From: Bacteroidales bacterium
GTDB lineage: Bacteria; Bacteroidota; Bacteroidia; Bacteroidales; P3
Direction: 5' to 3'
DNA: 64,000 nt
NCBI GenBank assembly: GCA_017522065.1
Contig: JAFXAD010000055.1
Coordinates: 1,072 to 65,071, forward strand
Position 1 is the first letter of the stretch; each line of letters starts with the position of its first letter. The notes under the pieces are model-generated. The model was not told where the DNA came from. It saw nothing but the letters and a program-made list of their open reading frames with translations, and did not search any database. Position numbers and translations under genes: made by a program. Shown piece by piece: positions 35,655-44,473 of the stretch.

Positions 35655-36737
35655 ATGGCAAAAGAACTGAAATTAATGAAGGGCAATGAGGCTATTGCCC
35701 GCGCTATGATTGCCAGCGGTACGGACGGCTACTTTGGCTACCCTATCACTCCGCAGTCGGAAGTTATGGAAACTCTTATGGCCGAAAAACCTTGGGAAAC
35801 CACCGGTATGGTTGTCCTGCAGGCTGAATCCGAGCTGGCTTCTATCAACATGGTATACGGCGGTGCCGCAACAGGTAAGAAAGTTGCCACTTCCTCTTCC
35901 TCGCCCGGAATCTCCCTTATGGCCGAAGGTCTTACCTATCTCGCCGGCGCTGAAATCCCCTGCGTTGTCATGAACGCTATGCGCGGCGGCCCCGGATTGG
36001 GAACAATCCAGCCCGCTCAGAGCGACTACTTCCAGAGCACCAAGGGTGGTGGACACGGTGACTATCAGCTCTATGTCCTCGCTCCCTCTTCGGTACAGGA
36101 AATGTACGACTTCGTCTTCGACGCTTGGGATATCGCTTTCAAATATCGCAACCCTGTCCTCATCCTCACCGATGGCGCTATCGGACAGTGCATGGAAAAA
36201 TGCTACACCCGTGACTATGTCCCCCGTTGGACAGAAGAAGAACGCCGCGCCAAAGCTCCTTGGGGCACTTGGGGCAAACCCGCAACTCGTCCTCACAACA
36301 TCATCACCTCTCTTGAACTCGATTCTGCACGTCAGGAAGTTTTCAACCAGAAACTCCAGAAAAAATACGCCCAGATGAAGGAAGAGGATGTCCGTTTCGA
36401 AGCCCTTAACTGCGAAGATGCCGACTATATCTTTGTGGCTTACGGTACATCTGCACGTATCTGCATGAAATCTATGCAGCTCGCTCGCGAAAAAGGTCTG
36501 AAGGTCGGTCTGCTCCGCCCGATTACTCTCTATCCTTTCCCGACCAAGCAAATCGCCGAACTCGCTAACCGCGTTAAAGGCATGCTCTGCGTCGAGATGA
36601 GTGCAGGTCAGATGATCGAAGATGTCAAATTGGCTGCCGACTGCAAGATTCCTATCGAGCACTACGGCCGCTTCGGTGGCATCATCCCCACTCCCGAAGA
36701 GGTCCTTGAAGCATTGGAAAACAAAATCATCAAGTAA
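35655..36737 (+). CDS. 2-oxoacid:ferredoxin oxidoreductase alpha subunit (KorA/VorB-like)
   Basis: MKGNEAIARAMIASGTDGYFGYPITPQSE is the typical N-terminus of the alpha subunit. 360 aa. Confidence 0.9.
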   Translation: MAKELKLMKGNEAIARAMIASGTDGYFGYPITPQSEVMETLMAEKPWETTGMVVLQAESELASINMVYGGAATGKKVATSSSSPGISLMAEGLTYLAGAEIPCVVMNAMRGGPGLGTIQPAQSDYFQSTKGGGHGDYQLYVLAPSSVQEMYDFVFDAWDIAFKYRNPVLILTDGAIGQCMEKCYTRDYVPRWTEEERRAKAPWGTWGKPATRPHNIITSLELDSARQEVFNQKLQKKYAQMKEEDVRFEALNCEDADYIFVAYGTSARICMKSMQLAREKGLKVGLLRPITLYPFPTKQIAELANRVKGMLCVEMSAGQMIEDVKLAADCKIPIEHYGRFGGIIPTPEEVLEALENKIIK

Positions 36738-36814
36738 AGTTGAAAAAGTGGTAAGGCTACAAAGACTATTCCCCTTTTGAACCTTAAACTTTTAAACCTT
36801 TTAAACTTAGAAAA

Positions 36815-37594
36815 ATGGCAAATTTAGATATAGTAAAACCTGAAAACCTGGTTTACCAAAAATCAAAAGTTCTGACGGATGCCGTTATGCACTATTGCCC
36901 GGGCTGCGGTCACGGTACGGCTCACCGCATCATCGCAGAGGTTATCGAAGAACTCGGTATCCAAGACAAGACCATCGGCGTCTCTCCCGTAGGATGCTCG
37001 GTTATGGCCTACAACTACTTTGACGTCGACTTCCAGGAAGCCGCCCACGGACGCGCTCCCGCTGTCGCTACAGCTATCAAGCGCCTCAACCCCGACCGCT
37101 ATGTCTTCACATATCAGGGCGACGGCGACTTGGCTGCTATCGGTACTGCAGAGACCATCCACGCCTGCAACCGCGGCGAAAACATCACCATGGTCTTCAT
37201 CAACAATGCTATTTACGGTATGACTGGTGGACAGATGGCTCCTACCACTCTGCTCGGCATGAAAACCGCTACAACTCCCTACGGTCGCGACCAGAAACTC
37301 AACGGATGGCCGTTCCAGGTTACCGAACTGCTCGCTCAGCTCCCCGGTACCTACTACGTCACCCGCCAGAGTGTACATACTCCTGCCAACGTCCGCAAGG
37401 CTAAAGCAGCCCTCAAGAAGGCTTTCGAAAACCAGAAACTCCAGAAAGGCGTCAGCTTCGTCGAAATCGTTTCCAGCTGCAACTCGGGTTGGAAAATGAC
37501 TCCCGTCCAGGCTAATAAATGGATGGAAGAGAACATGTTCCCGCAGTATCCTCTCGGTGACATCAAGGTTGATGGCGAACTGGTTAAGAAATAA
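36815..37594 (+). CDS. 2-oxoacid:ferredoxin oxidoreductase beta subunit (TPP-binding)
   Basis: YCPGCGHG and GDGDLAAIG...NNAIYGMTGGQ TPP-binding motifs. Confidence 0.9.
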   Translation: MANLDIVKPENLVYQKSKVLTDAVMHYCPGCGHGTAHRIIAEVIEELGIQDKTIGVSPVGCSVMAYNYFDVDFQEAAHGRAPAVATAIKRLNPDRYVFTYQGDGDLAAIGTAETIHACNRGENITMVFINNAIYGMTGGQMAPTTLLGMKTATTPYGRDQKLNGWPFQVTELLAQLPGTYYVTRQSVHTPANVRKAKAALKKAFENQKLQKGVSFVEIVSSCNSGWKMTPVQANKWMEENMFPQYPLGDIKVDGELVKK

Positions 37595-37648
37595 CAACGC
37601 CTCTCGTATCAACGTATAAACATATCAACGTTAAAACAGTTTAAAGTT

Positions 37649-38200
37649 ATGACAGAAGAAATAATCATCGCCGGATTCGGTGGACAGGGCGTCCTCTCTA
37701 TGGGCAAGATCCTTGCCTACTCTGGTGTTATGGAAGATAAAGAAGTGCTCTGGATGCCTTCCTACGGCCCCGAGCAGCGTGGCGGTACCGCTAACGTCAC
37801 CGTCATAGTCAGCGACGAGCGTATCAGCTCGCCCATCATCAGCAAATTCGATACTGCTATCGTTCTCAACCAGCAGTCTCTCGACAAATTCGAGAAGAGT
37901 GTAAAGCCTGGCGGATTGCTGATTTACGACCCCAACGGTATCACTCACGAACCTACTCGCCGCGATATCAATATCTATAAGATTCCCGCAACGGAAAAGG
38001 CTACAGAAAAAGGTATCGCTAAGGTGTTCAATATGATCGTTCTCGGCGGTTTCCTCAAACTGAAACCCATCGTCGGAAGCGAATTCATCCACAAGGGTCT
38101 TGAGAAATCTCTGCCTGCTCGCCACCACAATCTCATTCCCCAGAACGAGGAGGCTATCGAACTTGGCAAGACTCTCATCGAACCGGTCTTCACCCTCTAA
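37649..38200 (+). CDS. 2-oxoacid:ferredoxin oxidoreductase gamma subunit
   Basis: IIIAGFGGQGVLSMGKILA...SYGPEQRGGTA is the typical gamma-subunit signature. Confidence 0.9.
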   Translation: MTEEIIIAGFGGQGVLSMGKILAYSGVMEDKEVLWMPSYGPEQRGGTANVTVIVSDERISSPIISKFDTAIVLNQQSLDKFEKSVKPGGLLIYDPNGITHEPTRRDINIYKIPATEKATEKGIAKVFNMIVLGGFLKLKPIVGSEFIHKGLEKSLPARHHNLIPQNEEAIELGKTLIEPVFTL

Positions 38201-38223
38201 GATTATCTGTAAATCTTATAATA

Positions 38224-38251
38224 AAGGCTGCCCATTCGGACAGCCTTTTTC
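38224..38251 (+). terminator. intrinsic terminator after the oxidoreductase operon
   Basis: GGCTGCC-CATTC-GGACAGCC hairpin followed by TTTTT. Confidence 0.5.
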
Positions 38252-38262
38252 TGAATAATATT

Positions 38263-38847
38263 ATGAAACAGACTACATTGTGCTATCTCGAACATCAGGG
38301 CAAGTACTTGATGTTGCACCGTGTGAAAAAACAAAATGATGCAAGCCACGACAAATGGATCGGAGTGGGAGGGAAGTGTGAGGCCGATGAAAGCCCAGAT
38401 GAATGTATGTTGCGCGAAGTGAAGGAGGAAACAGGCCTGACGGTAACGTCATGGCGCTATCGGGGTATAGTGACTTTTATCTCGGATATTTGGCCTTGTG
38501 AGTATATGCACCTTTTCACTGCCGACCGTTGGAACGTCGAGTCTGATGATAGGCAGGATTTGGATTCTCCCGACAGTACGGCGACAACAATGAATCCGGC
38601 AACTCCTTATAATAATATGAATAAGCAATCAGATGCCGATTTGACATTGCCCGATTGTGATGAAGGTGATTTGCAATGGATTGATAAAAAGGATATTTTT
38701 GCTCTCAATTTATGGCCAGGCGACCGTATTTTCTTGCAGTTGATAATGAATCCTGACCAACCGTTCTTCTCTCTGAAACTCGTCTACAAAGGTGATGACC
38801 TTGTCTCGGCAAAACTCGATGGACGACTTATGGATAATTATCTGTAG
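38263..38847 (+). CDS. NUDIX hydrolase (MutT-like)
   Basis: Nudix box GVGGKCEADESPDECMLREVKEETGL. Confidence 0.85.
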   Translation: MKQTTLCYLEHQGKYLMLHRVKKQNDASHDKWIGVGGKCEADESPDECMLREVKEETGLTVTSWRYRGIVTFISDIWPCEYMHLFTADRWNVESDDRQDLDSPDSTATTMNPATPYNNMNKQSDADLTLPDCDEGDLQWIDKKDIFALNLWPGDRIFLQLIMNPDQPFFSLKLVYKGDDLVSAKLDGRLMDNYL

Positions 38848-38865
38848 AACGTATCTATACGGCTC

Positions 38866-38906
38866 AAAAAAAACAGAGTATCGAAATCCCGATACTCTGT
38901 TTTTTT
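38866..38906. terminator. bidirectional intrinsic terminator
   Basis: A-run, then CAGAGTATCG-AAATCC-CGATACTCTG, then a T-run. Sits between the convergent NUDIX gene and the 44-aa ORF. Confidence 0.7.
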
Positions 38907-38923
38907 GAGCTTAACCTGTGGGT

Positions 38924-39058
38924 TTATTCAGCGTTGATGATTGCTTTATGGACAGCGTTCCAGCCGGCAGCGTTGAGACCCCAGTTGTTGGTGGAGTTCT
39001 TGTTGCCTTGAACTCTCACTTTTCTTCTCTTGACTTTTTTGTTTGCATTAATACCCAT
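38924..39058 (-). CDS. candidate 44-aa basic small protein (or small RNA locus)
   Basis: ATG...TAA encoding MGINANKKVKRRKVRVQGNKNSTNNWGLNAAGWNAVHKAIINAE. TATCTTTG motif 77 nt upstream and a strong terminator 18 nt downstream. Confidence 0.4.
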   Translation of the reverse strand: MGINANKKVKRRKVRVQGNKNSTNNWGLNAAGWNAVHKAIINAE

Positions 39059-39134
39059 AATACACTATTATTTTATTGTTCAACTTCTTGATTTTTAAGT
39101 AGTAGAAGGTTTTTCTCCTTCTGGAAATGTTTTG

Positions 39135-39142
39135 CAAAGATA
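39135..39142 (-). promoter_or_regulatory. Bacteroides-type -7 promoter motif (TATCTTTG)
   Basis: Upstream of the 44-aa ORF and downstream of the stop of the 515-aa gene. Confidence 0.4.
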
Positions 39143-39190
39143 CATCAATTATTTGTTCTGGCAAACAAATTTCTCTTTTTTAACTATAAT

Positions 39191-40738
39191 TTATCCTTCA
39201 AGATGCTCTTTGCGCAAAAGGTCGTTTACTGTCTTGACAGGATTGAAGGTCGCAAGCGGGACTTCTACAAATAGCGTAATCCATTCTGCCATTGCACCAT
39301 TCCATAGTCCAGGAAGTTCTTGCGACTTGACGGTGACTGCGCCTTTGGTCTTTTTGCTTATGAATCCTGTTGCCGGGTCAACATATTTTCTCAAGTCAAA
39401 CCGACGACCTCTGTAGTCTTTCGTTCCACATACCAAATCAACAGGGTTGAAGTGCGTTGCGGAATTTAGGATGGCTTCTTGGTCGGGATCCTTGCGGTTT
39501 ATTTGTGCGGTCTCGACAATCTGTAGGCTTTTTACTCCGTTGGTGTTTTGTGTGAAGAATGGACCGCCACCGGGTTCCCCCTGGTTCTTGACCATTCCGC
39601 ATATTCTTATGGGCCTGTTTAGTTTGGCTTTAAGAATCAATATTTTTTCTTTTGTGCCTAATTTGGAGTAATTGTCGGGCAATGATATGTTTAGCTTCTC
39701 TGTTGCGAATTTTGCAATCTTGCTTATCGTTCGGATGTCGGGATTTGAATTGAGTTTTTTGAGACTTTCGAAGGTCTTTGACTGTAGCTCTATGAGTAAA
39801 CCTGCCAGTACTTCCTTATATATGATTGTTGTGTGTTTCATCCAATCCGGCACAACATTGTCTATGTTCTTTATGAATATTATGTCGGCTTTACATTCAT
39901 TAAGGTTCTCTATCAGAGCTCCATGTCCACCAGGACGGAACGTCAGGCGACCATTCTCGTCACGAATGGGTTCGTTGTATTCGTCTACAGCTATTGTGTC
40001 GGTGTAATGCTTTTGTTCCGAAAGAGTTATGTTTAATTTTATGTTTAAGTTGGACTCGTAGTACTTCTTTACTTCGGATATCTTTTTGCGGAACAGTTGT
40101 CTGTGCTCTGGCGAAACAGTGAAGTGGATGTTGACTGTGCCATCTGCGTTTCTGGCGTAGTTTGCACCTTCTACTATGTGTTCCTCAAGTGGTGTACGGC
40201 TCAGCTCTCCATATCTGTGGAATTTTAGAAGTGCCTTGGGCAGTGTGCCGTATCCGAGGTATTGCTCTTTGAGCAGATAGTTGATGACGGTTGTGAAATC
40301 GCCGCGATCCATATAGTCGCTGAAGTCGAGAGAGGATCGTTCCATGCACGATTTCAAATCTTCAAAAAACGCAAATGTCCGTATGTGCTGAAGGAATTCT
40401 TTGACGGACGGAAACTCTTTCTCAAAGTTGTTGGCAACTCCAAAATAGGTCGAAGAAAATGTGTAAAGGTCTTTGAACATGCGAGATGCAGCCCCTGAAG
40501 CAGGAGTGAATTTCATTATTTTCTTCTCCTGCAGCGATTGCTTGTATAGCTTCGACAAACGCATTATCTCGCTATCGGTCATGCGTATTATGCCACCATT
40601 CTCAACGGTAGCGGCCTCGATGAGTTGCGTTTTCGGGAAACCTTTGTGGAAGTTGTCTATCTGTTTGAGTACGGTTTCTTTTGCAAGTCCCATGCTTGCA
40701 ATTTGTTGCAGATCCTGTGCTGAAAACTGTTCTTTCAT
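39191..40738 (-). CDS. conserved hypothetical protein, DUF4301-like / sugar-nucleotidyltransferase-like (label tentative)
   Basis: 515-aa clean ORF. FTPASGAASRMFK and RPGGHGALIENLN are reminiscent of UDP-sugar pyrophosphorylase-type motifs. The family assignment is from memory only. Confidence 0.6.
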   Translation of the reverse strand: MKEQFSAQDLQQIASMGLAKETVLKQIDNFHKGFPKTQLIEAATVENGGIIRMTDSEIMRLSKLYKQSLQEKKIMKFTPASGAASRMFKDLYTFSSTYFGVANNFEKEFPSVKEFLQHIRTFAFFEDLKSCMERSSLDFSDYMDRGDFTTVINYLLKEQYLGYGTLPKALLKFHRYGELSRTPLEEHIVEGANYARNADGTVNIHFTVSPEHRQLFRKKISEVKKYYESNLNIKLNITLSEQKHYTDTIAVDEYNEPIRDENGRLTFRPGGHGALIENLNECKADIIFIKNIDNVVPDWMKHTTIIYKEVLAGLLIELQSKTFESLKKLNSNPDIRTISKIAKFATEKLNISLPDNYSKLGTKEKILILKAKLNRPIRICGMVKNQGEPGGGPFFTQNTNGVKSLQIVETAQINRKDPDQEAILNSATHFNPVDLVCGTKDYRGRRFDLRKYVDPATGFISKKTKGAVTVKSQELPGLWNGAMAEWITLFVEVPLATFNPVKTVNDLLRKEHLEG

Positions 40739-40750
40739 TTCTGCAAGGAC

Positions 40751-41158
40751 TTAGCGCTGGTCTCTGATTATGTCTTTTTCCAGATTTATTGTCGATTTCA
40801 CGACTTCACCAGGTTTTAGCCTGATAGTGTTGCTTCCTTTACGGTAGCAGTAGAATACATCGGGGGTATACATTTCGTCGTATCCGGTCTCATATTCTGC
40901 TGTCACGTTAAGTATGGCAGGAGCCTTGAATTGAGTGGAAAAAACTCCGCTGGCTGAGGTTACGCCTTGCGTATTTCCAAAACTTGTGTCGATGTCAAGA
41001 ATTTTGACTTTAACACCTGAAACTGGCTGTTTTGTTAGCTCGTCTATGACTGTGATTTCAACATAACACGTTGTGTCTTTGTCACAACCGCTGAATAAAA
41101 GGGTTGATAATCCGCTTATTAAAACAAAACATGCAATAGCTAAAATTTTTTTCTTCAT
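40751..41158 (-). CDS. hypothetical lipoprotein (Ig/CarboxypepD_reg-like small beta domain)
   Basis: Signal peptide with lipobox LFSGC. 135 aa. 12 nt upstream of the 515-aa gene. Confidence 0.6.
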   Translation of the reverse strand: MKKKILAIACFVLISGLSTLLFSGCDKDTTCYVEITVIDELTKQPVSGVKVKILDIDTSFGNTQGVTSASGVFSTQFKAPAILNVTAEYETGYDEMYTPDVFYCYRKGSNTIRLKPGEVVKSTINLEKDIIRDQR

Positions 41159-41198
41159 AAAAATACCGTTATTTTTGTCTTAAACGTTTTTTTTTTAC

Positions 41199-41206
41199 TA
41201 TTTTTG
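41199..41206 (+). promoter_or_regulatory. Bacteroides-type -7 promoter motif (TATTTTTG)
   Basis: 29 nt upstream of the cyclophilin ATG at 41235. Confidence 0.4.
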
Positions 41207-41211
41207 CATTG

Positions 41212-41219
41212 CAAAATTA
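41212..41219 (-). promoter_or_regulatory. Bacteroides-type -7 promoter motif (TAATTTTG)
   Basis: 54 nt upstream of the lipoprotein ATG at 41158. Divergent with the plus-strand motif. Confidence 0.35.
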
Positions 41220-41234
41220 ATAATTTTCTGTGGT

Positions 41235-41924
41235 ATGAAAGTTAAAAATAATCTATTTTTATTGCTTTTTTTTGTAACGATGGCGCTGTGTAATGCGCAA
41301 ACAAATGAAAATAAACAAAATATGACTGAAAAAAAATATTACGTCCTTATCGAGACTTCGTATGGTAATATGACGGTCGAGCTCTTCAACGAGACTCCAA
41401 AACACAGGGATAATTTCCTAAAGTTGGTAAATGAGGGCTTTTACAACGACTTGCTTTTCCATCGTGTGATAAATAATTTTATGATTCAAGGTGGCGACCC
41501 GGAGTCGAGAAATGCTGGCCCGCAAAAACGCCTCGGCAATGGAACGGCTGGCTATACCGTTCCTGCTGAGTTTGTTAAAGGTCTGATTCATAGAAAAGGT
41601 GCTCTCGCGGCTGCACGTCAGGGCGATATGGTCAACCCGACAAAGGCATCGTCCTCGTGCCAGTTCTATATCGTGCAAGGCAATGTGTGGGATGCTCAAA
41701 GCCTTAAAATCATGGGTGAACGTATGGGAAAGGATTTTGACAAGCAGCAAATCGAAGTGTATACAACGGTCGGCGGTACTCCTCATCTGGACTACGACTA
41801 CACGGTGTTTGGACAGGTCGTTGAAGGCCTTGATGTGATAGACAAGATTGCTGCCGTCAAATGCGGACCTGGCGACCGGCCTTTGGAGGACGTCAAGATG
41901 AGGATCTCTGTTTTGGAACGTTAG
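41235..41924 (+). CDS. secreted cyclophilin-type peptidyl-prolyl cis-trans isomerase
   Basis: Signal peptide, then FHRVINNFMIQGGDP and other cyclophilin motifs. Confidence 0.9.
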   Translation: MKVKNNLFLLLFFVTMALCNAQTNENKQNMTEKKYYVLIETSYGNMTVELFNETPKHRDNFLKLVNEGFYNDLLFHRVINNFMIQGGDPESRNAGPQKRLGNGTAGYTVPAEFVKGLIHRKGALAAARQGDMVNPTKASSSCQFYIVQGNVWDAQSLKIMGERMGKDFDKQQIEVYTTVGGTPHLDYDYTVFGQVVEGLDVIDKIAAVKCGPGDRPLEDVKMRISVLER

Positions 41925-41969
41925 CCTGTTATTTGAAAACTAATTTGTACTACATAATCTAAAAAAAAC

Positions 41970-43013
41970 ATGTTGATTAATCAGATTGAAGATTTTATCC
42001 GCGACATTCAGTTGGCTTCTATCGAAAAGTCGAAGGATAAAGCTGCGGAGGTAGAACAATTCCGTATCAAGTATCTCGGAAAGAAAGGCGTGATAAGCGA
42101 CTTGTTCGAACAGTTTAAGTCCGTGCCGAACGAACAGAAAAAAGAAATAGGACAAGCCTTAAACCGTTTGAAAACAGCTGCTCAGGCTAAAATTGAAGAA
42201 TTTAAGCAAAATGTTGAAAATACTACTCAACAGTCTAGTTCCATGGATCTTACAATGCCAACGGACTATTCCGAGATTGGAAGCCGCCATGTCCTTTCTG
42301 TTGTGATGAACGAAATAATAGAAATCTTTTCACGAATCGGCTTTACTGTCGCAGAGTCGGTCGAGATTGAAGATGACTGGCATCTCTTCTCAGCGCTGAA
42401 CTTTCCCCACGACCATCCCGCCCGTGATATGCAGGACACTTTCTTTGTGGAGAAAGAAGAGGGCAAGCAGGAGGTGGCTTTGCGTACACATACTTCTTCT
42501 GTACAGGTACGTGTCATGGAAAACAACAAACCTCCTATCCGTATCATTGCCCCGGGACGTGTCTTCCGCAACGAGGCAATATCGGCTCGCGCCCATTGTA
42601 TATTCCATCAGGTGGAAGCGCTTTATGTCGACAAGAAGGTCTCTTTTGCCGACTTGAAACAAACGCTGCTCTATTTCGCAAAGGAAATGTTCGGCGAAAA
42701 AACGCAGATCCGCCTTCGCCCGTCGTACTTCCCGTTTACGGAGCCTTCCGCAGAAATGGATATTTCATGCAATATATGCGGTGGCAAGGGCTGTAATATT
42801 TGCAAGGGAACAGGCTGGCTCGAAATTCTTGGCTGCGGAATGGTCGACCCGAACGTGCTTGAGTCTTGCGGCATCGACAGTAAGGAATACAGCGGTTTCG
42901 CTTTGGGTATGGGCGTAGAGCGTATGGCTATGCTGAAATATCAGATCCGTGATTTGCGTCTGTATTTCGAAAACGACTTGCGTTTCCTCAGGCAGTTCGA
43001 CGCTCTTGTGTAA
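41970..43013 (+). CDS. pheS: phenylalanine--tRNA ligase alpha subunit
   Basis: HPARDMQDTFF, LRTHTSSVQ, FRNEAISARAH and FPFTEPSAE motifs. 347 aa. Confidence 0.95.
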   Translation: MLINQIEDFIRDIQLASIEKSKDKAAEVEQFRIKYLGKKGVISDLFEQFKSVPNEQKKEIGQALNRLKTAAQAKIEEFKQNVENTTQQSSSMDLTMPTDYSEIGSRHVLSVVMNEIIEIFSRIGFTVAESVEIEDDWHLFSALNFPHDHPARDMQDTFFVEKEEGKQEVALRTHTSSVQVRVMENNKPPIRIIAPGRVFRNEAISARAHCIFHQVEALYVDKKVSFADLKQTLLYFAKEMFGEKTQIRLRPSYFPFTEPSAEMDISCNICGGKGCNICKGTGWLEILGCGMVDPNVLESCGIDSKEYSGFALGMGVERMAMLKYQIRDLRLYFENDLRFLRQFDALV

Positions 43014-43036
43014 TTCGCCGTTAATAATGTGATAGT

Positions 43037-43396
43037 ATGGCAGTTATTGAAATAGAAAACATGGAGTTCTATTCCTATCACGGTTGCTTCGCGGAGGAAT
43101 CGAAAATAGGAACGCATTTTTTGGTGAGCCTTTGGCTGGATGTTGATACAACCAAGGCTCAACGTTCTGACAACATTGAGGATACTGTCAATTACTTGTC
43201 CGTCTACCAGACTGTGAAAAAGCAAATGGCAATCCCCTCTCATCTGCTGGAGCATGTTGCCGATCGTATTGCGTCCAGTGTTATGGATGAATTCCATGCT
43301 ATCAGTAATATACGTGTGAAAATAGTCAAACGTAACCCTCCCTTGGGGGGCAGGATAGAAGGGGTGGCCCTGACAATTGAAAAGACTCGTGAATAA
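43037..43396 (+). CDS. folB: dihydroneopterin aldolase
   Basis: 119 aa. IENMEFYSYHGCFAEESKIGTHFLVSLWLDVD resembles the FolB N-terminus. Typical size. Confidence 0.85.
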   Translation: MAVIEIENMEFYSYHGCFAEESKIGTHFLVSLWLDVDTTKAQRSDNIEDTVNYLSVYQTVKKQMAIPSHLLEHVADRIASSVMDEFHAISNIRVKIVKRNPPLGGRIEGVALTIEKTRE

Positions 43397-43412
43397 CACG
43401 AGTCTTTTTTTT
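43383..43412 (+). terminator. intrinsic terminator (hairpin spans the folB stop codon)
   Basis: GACTCGTG-AATAA-CACGAGTC followed by TTTTTTTT. Confidence 0.6.
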
Positions 43413-43435
43413 GATTCCATGTGTTTTGCGCTTCT

Positions 43436-44203
43436 TTATAAAAGCCCCTCGTCATGAAAACTGTAGTAGTCTGGTATGCCGTCAGGACGTATTCCGACTA
43501 TCAGATGGTCCAATAGGTTAATTCTAAGGATTTTCCCTGCTTCCATGATGCTTTTTGTCAGATTTTTGTCTTGGGGACTCGGAGTGAGGTTCCCGGTAGG
43601 ATGATTGTGTGCAACAATAATGTTCACTGCATTTTTTTCCAGGGCGGTGCTGAATATTCGCCGTATGTCTACAACGGTGTCGTTGAGCCCGCCCGACGAA
43701 ATGCGTTGCTTGAACAATACTTTATTCCTGAAATTCATATATATGGCCCAAAACTCTTCATGTGGCAAGTCTATAATCGACGGGCTGATGTAGTTGAACA
43801 TTTTTTCACTGTCGGTAAGAATGTATATCTTGCGGTCGTTACCCTCTGTCAACATTCTGTATCCAAGCTCCATAGCTGCTATTATTGTGATGGCTTTCGC
43901 TTCACCGATGCCTTTGTAGCCGCGGGTCAGTTCTGCTATCCCTTGCCTTGAAAGAGCGGATAGGTCGTTGTCGTTGCTCCGTAGTATCTCTTTGGCCAAC
44001 TCGACAGCACTCTGCCCAACAGTTCCGCTACCTAACAGAATTGCAAGTAGTTCGGCATTGCTGAGCTCTTTTTTCCCTTTGGTAATCAGTTTCTCGCGCG
44101 GTCTGTCTTCCAAAGCCCATTCTTTCAATTTCAGAGTGCCTTTGTGCTGGGTCGTTGTTTGTTGTTTTTCAGTGTCTAATGTCTTGTTGTTGTCGTTGTC
44201 CAT
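43436..44203 (-). CDS. radC: RadC-family JAB-domain protein
   Basis: ERPREKL...LSNAELLAILLGSG N-terminal HhH-like region and the JAMM motif HNHPTGNLTPSPQD. Confidence 0.85.
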   Translation of the reverse strand: MDNDNNKTLDTEKQQTTTQHKGTLKLKEWALEDRPREKLITKGKKELSNAELLAILLGSGTVGQSAVELAKEILRSNDNDLSALSRQGIAELTRGYKGIGEAKAITIIAAMELGYRMLTEGNDRKIYILTDSEKMFNYISPSIIDLPHEEFWAIYMNFRNKVLFKQRISSGGLNDTVVDIRRIFSTALEKNAVNIIVAHNHPTGNLTPSPQDKNLTKSIMEAGKILRINLLDHLIVGIRPDGIPDYYSFHDEGLL

Positions 44204-44223
44204 ACTGTTGCTTTATTTTGTGC

Positions 44224-44231
44224 AAAAATAC
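44224..44231 (-). promoter_or_regulatory. Bacteroides-type -7 promoter motif (TATTTTTG)
   Basis: 21 nt upstream of the radC ATG at 44203. Confidence 0.35.
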
Positions 44232-44418
44232 ACATTTTTTTCAATCCGGCAACAAGCCCTGTATCTCCGCCTCCGTTAGCCGCTACGTTTTGTCTTCCTT
44301 CTCTGTGCTCCGAACTTTTTTCAGTGTCGCATGGGTTGATTCTAAGAATTTTAATAGTTGAATTATTAAATATTGGTGTTTTTTTTGCGAAATAACTTGT
44401 AGTGTCAATAAAATTTCC

Positions 44419-44426
44419 TATTTTTG
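44419..44426 (+). promoter_or_regulatory. Bacteroides-type -7 promoter motif (TATTTTTG)
   Basis: 48 nt upstream of the secDF ATG at 44474. Confidence 0.4.
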
Positions 44427-44473
44427 CATATTCAAAAAATAGAATAACTAAAAAAAACTTTAACACGTAAGAA

